Notes under the pieces: model-generated
What the model saw: the letters and a program-made list of their open reading frames with translations, nothing else
Databases searched by the model: none
What the model was told of the DNA's origin: nothing
Translations under genes and position numbers: made by a program
Assembly: GCA_964548235.1 (NCBI GenBank)
Contig: CAZJRV010000001.1
Location: 1 to 37,428, forward strand
Direction: 5' to 3'
Length of the DNA stretch: 37,428 nucleotides
DNA from: an uncultured Verrucomicrobiota bacterium
GTDB lineage: Bacteria > Verrucomicrobiota > Verrucomicrobiia > Limisphaerales > UBA1100
Part shown: one piece after another, positions 35,228 to 37,428 of the stretch
How positions within the stretch are numbered: position 1 is the stretch's first letter
How the letters are laid out: each line of letters opens with the position of its first letter

Positions 35228-36393
35228 ATTTTCCCGACAAATTCCGCCAGCCGCCCAAGGGCTTCCTCCAGGTTTTTCATGCTGGTGGCGTAGCTGATGC
35301 GAAGATAGTCGTCCGAGCCAAATGCCACGCCGGGGACGGCGGCGACCATGGCCTCTTTGAGCAGGCGTTCGCAGAATTCGGCTGACTTCATGCCGGTGCT
35401 GGAAATGTTCGGGAACAGGTAAAACGCGCCTTGGGCATTGACGCAGGTGATGCCGGGGATGGCGGTGAGTTTTTCGTGAGCGAAGGAGCGTCTCTTGGAA
35501 AATTCAGTCATCCATTCGGCGATGTGATCCTGCGGACCATCCAGCGCCTGCACCGCGCCGGATTGCGCGAAGGAAGTAGGGTTGCTGGTACTGTGGCTTT
35601 GAATGGCACTGATGGCCTTGGCAATGGGCAGCGGTGCGGCGGTAAACCCAATGCGCCAGCCGGTCATCGAGTACGCCTTGGCAAGGCCGTGGACGATGAT
35701 GGTGTGGGCCTGGTGTTCAGGCGAGCAACCGGCAACACTTTGGAAGACGGCATCGCCGTACAGCAGTTTTTCATAAATCTCATCGCTCATGATGAGCACG
35801 CCGTTTTCCACACATACATCGCCAAGCGCGCGCACTTCTTCGGGCGTGTACACGCTGCCGGTTGGGTTGCTCGGGGAGTTGAATATAAACAGGCGCGTGC
35901 GGCTGGTGATTGCACTGCGGAGCTGGTCGGGTGTCACCTTGAATTCCGTGGCATCGGTGGTTTCCACAATCACCGGGCTGGCGCCCGCGAGAGTGGCCAT
36001 TTCGGGATAGCTCAACCAATACGGCGCGGGGATGATCACCTCATCGCCTTCCTGACAGGTGGCGAGCATCACGTTGTAGCAGGAATGTTTGCCGCCACAG
36101 GAAATGATGATTTGCTGCGGGTCATACTGGAGATTGTTTTCGCGTTCAAACTTCCGGGCAACCGCCGCACGCAATTCGGGTGTGCCCGCGGCAGGAGTGT
36201 ATTTGGTGAACCCATCGGCCAGCGCTTGGGCGGCGGCATCCTTGATATGGTCGGGCGTATCAAAATCCGGCTCGCCCGCGCCCAGCCCAATCACATCCTC
36301 GCCGGCTGCGCGCAATTCCTTCGCCTTGGCAGTGATGGCCAGAGTGAGCGATGGCGACAGCGAAGCCGCTCGTTTTGAGACTCGATATTCCAT
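35224..36393 (-). CDS. Class I/II PLP-dependent aminotransferase (aspartate aminotransferase-like)
   Basis: GAGEPDFDTP, NSPSNPTG and the PLP-lysine context HGLAKAYSMTGWRIG. ATG at 36393; the track start at 36414 is a GTG. Confidence 0.85.
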   Translation of the reverse strand: MEYRVSKRAASLSPSLTLAITAKAKELRAAGEDVIGLGAGEPDFDTPDHIKDAAAQALADGFTKYTPAAGTPELRAAVARKFERENNLQYDPQQIIISCGGKHSCYNVMLATCQEGDEVIIPAPYWLSYPEMATLAGASPVIVETTDATEFKVTPDQLRSAITSRTRLFIFNSPSNPTGSVYTPEEVRALGDVCVENGVLIMSDEIYEKLLYGDAVFQSVAGCSPEHQAHTIIVHGLAKAYSMTGWRIGFTAAPLPIAKAISAIQSHSTSNPTSFAQSGAVQALDGPQDHIAEWMTEFSKRRSFAHEKLTAIPGITCVNAQGAFYLFPNISSTGMKSAEFCERLLKEAMVAAVPGVAFGSDDYLRISYATSMKNLEEALGRLAEFVGKI

Positions 36394-36439
36394 TGCGCAG
36401 GGAACATGGCGCACACCGATGAGCGGGGCAAGCGGTTTG

Positions 36440-37428
36440 TTATTCCTGCGCGCTCCAAGCGAGCAAATCGAGCGCGCGCATGCCCTTGCTGGTGAGCACC
36501 CAGCGCGCGCCTTTCTTGAAGACCAGCGAACGACATGGATGTTTGCGGCGGATCATGTCGTTTACTTCCAGAAGCTCATGGGATACTCCGCCAGCTTTTT
36601 GTTTTAAGCCCTTGGCATAAACCGGCTTGAGGCGAAAGGGGATGGCATTGAAATTAAGATCCACATCCCATGCCTGCACGGGAAGCGATTCGGCGTGAGT
36701 AGAGGGCTCCACCAGCTGGGGAAACCGTTTAGCCCATTCGAGTTCCGGTTGATGGATCCGCACGCGACACAGCATGGGTTGTCGGGCGAGATAGGCAACC
36801 AGATCAAATGATTGCGAAGCCTGTGCCGTTAAAATCTCGGCGGCATCGAGCCCCAGCAAGTTCATGCCGTTCCATGCGCCATGGTGGTTTTTGCCATCAC
36901 GATACCAGTGCCGGAACCAGCTCTCAAATTGCGTGTGGATTTGCAGCCCAATTTCAAAATGCAAATGGGCGCGGTTTTTTGAAATACCTTCGCGCGTGTT
37001 GGAAGTGCGCCCAAGGATGCCCAGCAATTCGCCAGCCACCAGGGCTTGCCCGACCGACAGATTTTCCGTCACAGATTTCAAGTGGGCGTACAGGGTGTAA
37101 ATCGGCAGCCCTGCCGATTCGTGTTCTAGCACGATGTAAATTCCATAATTGGAGGTTGCCGCCGTGGAATTAATGTAAACCACCTTGCCGGCAAAGCTGG
37201 CGTGAACGGGGTCGGTTGCCTCGCCATTCACATCGCGGTGCAGGGCGCTAATGTCGATGCCCTCATGAATGCGTGTGCCCGAATTGCGCACACAACCAAA
37301 TGCACCGCTAGTCCACGGACGGCCTGGGCCGGTGGGGGTGAAAAAATTGGTTTCCCCGCCTGCGTGGAGAAGGGCGTGGTTTGCGGTGGGAAATTGAAAC
37401 TTCGGTACAGGAATCGATTGTGCCGAGG
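36440..37428 (-). CDS. M23 family metallopeptidase, 5' end outside the window, with an extra uncharacterised C-terminal region
   Basis: The frame stays open upstream of the track start (GTG 37291) to the window edge (...RPWTSGAFGCVRNSGTRIHEGIDI). HxxxD (HEGIDI) and HxH (HLHFEI, 36950-36967) zinc motifs are present. Confidence 0.8.
   Translation of the reverse strand, partial: SAQSIPVPKFQFPTANHALLHAGGETNFFTPTGPGRPWTSGAFGCVRNSGTRIHEGIDISALHRDVNGEATDPVHASFAGKVVYINSTAATSNYGIYIVLEHESAGLPIYTLYAHLKSVTENLSVGQALVAGELLGILGRTSNTREGISKNRAHLHFEIGLQIHTQFESWFRHWYRDGKNHHGAWNGMNLLGLDAAEILTAQASQSFDLVAYLARQPMLCRVRIHQPELEWAKRFPQLVEPSTHAESLPVQAWDVDLNFNAIPFRLKPVYAKGLKQKAGGVSHELLEVNDMIRRKHPCRSLVFKKGARWVLTSKGMRALDLLAWSAQE

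Noticed and set aside
1-37428. I searched for RNA genes, CRISPR arrays, IS/transposase or integrase genes, toxin-antitoxin pairs and defence-system hallmarks.
   Set aside because: No non-coding gap exceeds about 110 nt (the longest are 6020-6128, 11336-11421 and 25716-25789). I saw no repeat-spacer periodicity, and no ORF has transposase, integrase, nuclease-NTPase or small paired toxin-antitoxin features. The window looks like core chromosome.

Overview
This is a densely coding, moderately GC-rich (by eye) bacterial chromosomal window. I call 34 CDS. The largest non-coding gap is about 110 nt, and I see no rRNA, tRNA, CRISPR array, IS element or prophage. Gene content and style (fused SecDF, Pro-rich membrane proteins, few Shine-Dalgarno-like sequences) fit a PVC-type (Verrucomicrobiota/Planctomycetota-like) genome, but that is only an inference.

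Most genes are core housekeeping:
- Cofactor genes: nadC-birA-coaX.
- Amino acid, sugar-nucleotide and rRNA-modification genes: trpA, manC-like, rlmI.
- Repair genes: msrP-nnr.
- Translation, tRNA modification and secretion genes: adk-fmt, proS-tgt-yajC-secDF.
- Others: terC, exoD, recJ, ispD, ctpA, tsaD, an aminotransferase and an M23 peptidase.

The one accessory-looking block is a translationally coupled array: tetR, outer-membrane factor, periplasmic adaptor, RND pump, MFS pump, HAD hydrolase, folB (about 11.4-20.6 kb). Its most unusual element is the MFS pump. The predicted periplasmic TM7-TM8 loop carries an ~88-aa insertion whose sequence pattern resembles a lysine-less lipoyl/biotinyl barrel-sandwich domain, which is the fold used by periplasmic efflux adaptors. 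The pump also has a repeat-bearing acidic tail.

Other items worth a second look:
- An uncharacterised membrane protein with a duplicated small domain flanking a Pro-rich linker and a TM hairpin.
- An S8 peptidase with an STN-like N-terminal domain.
- A HAD protein with a non-canonical DWSGT motif overlapping folB.
- terC starting 1 nt after the secDF stop.

I do not see a clear novel multi-gene system such as a defence island. All calls rest on motif recognition by eye from the ORF track; no searches were run.
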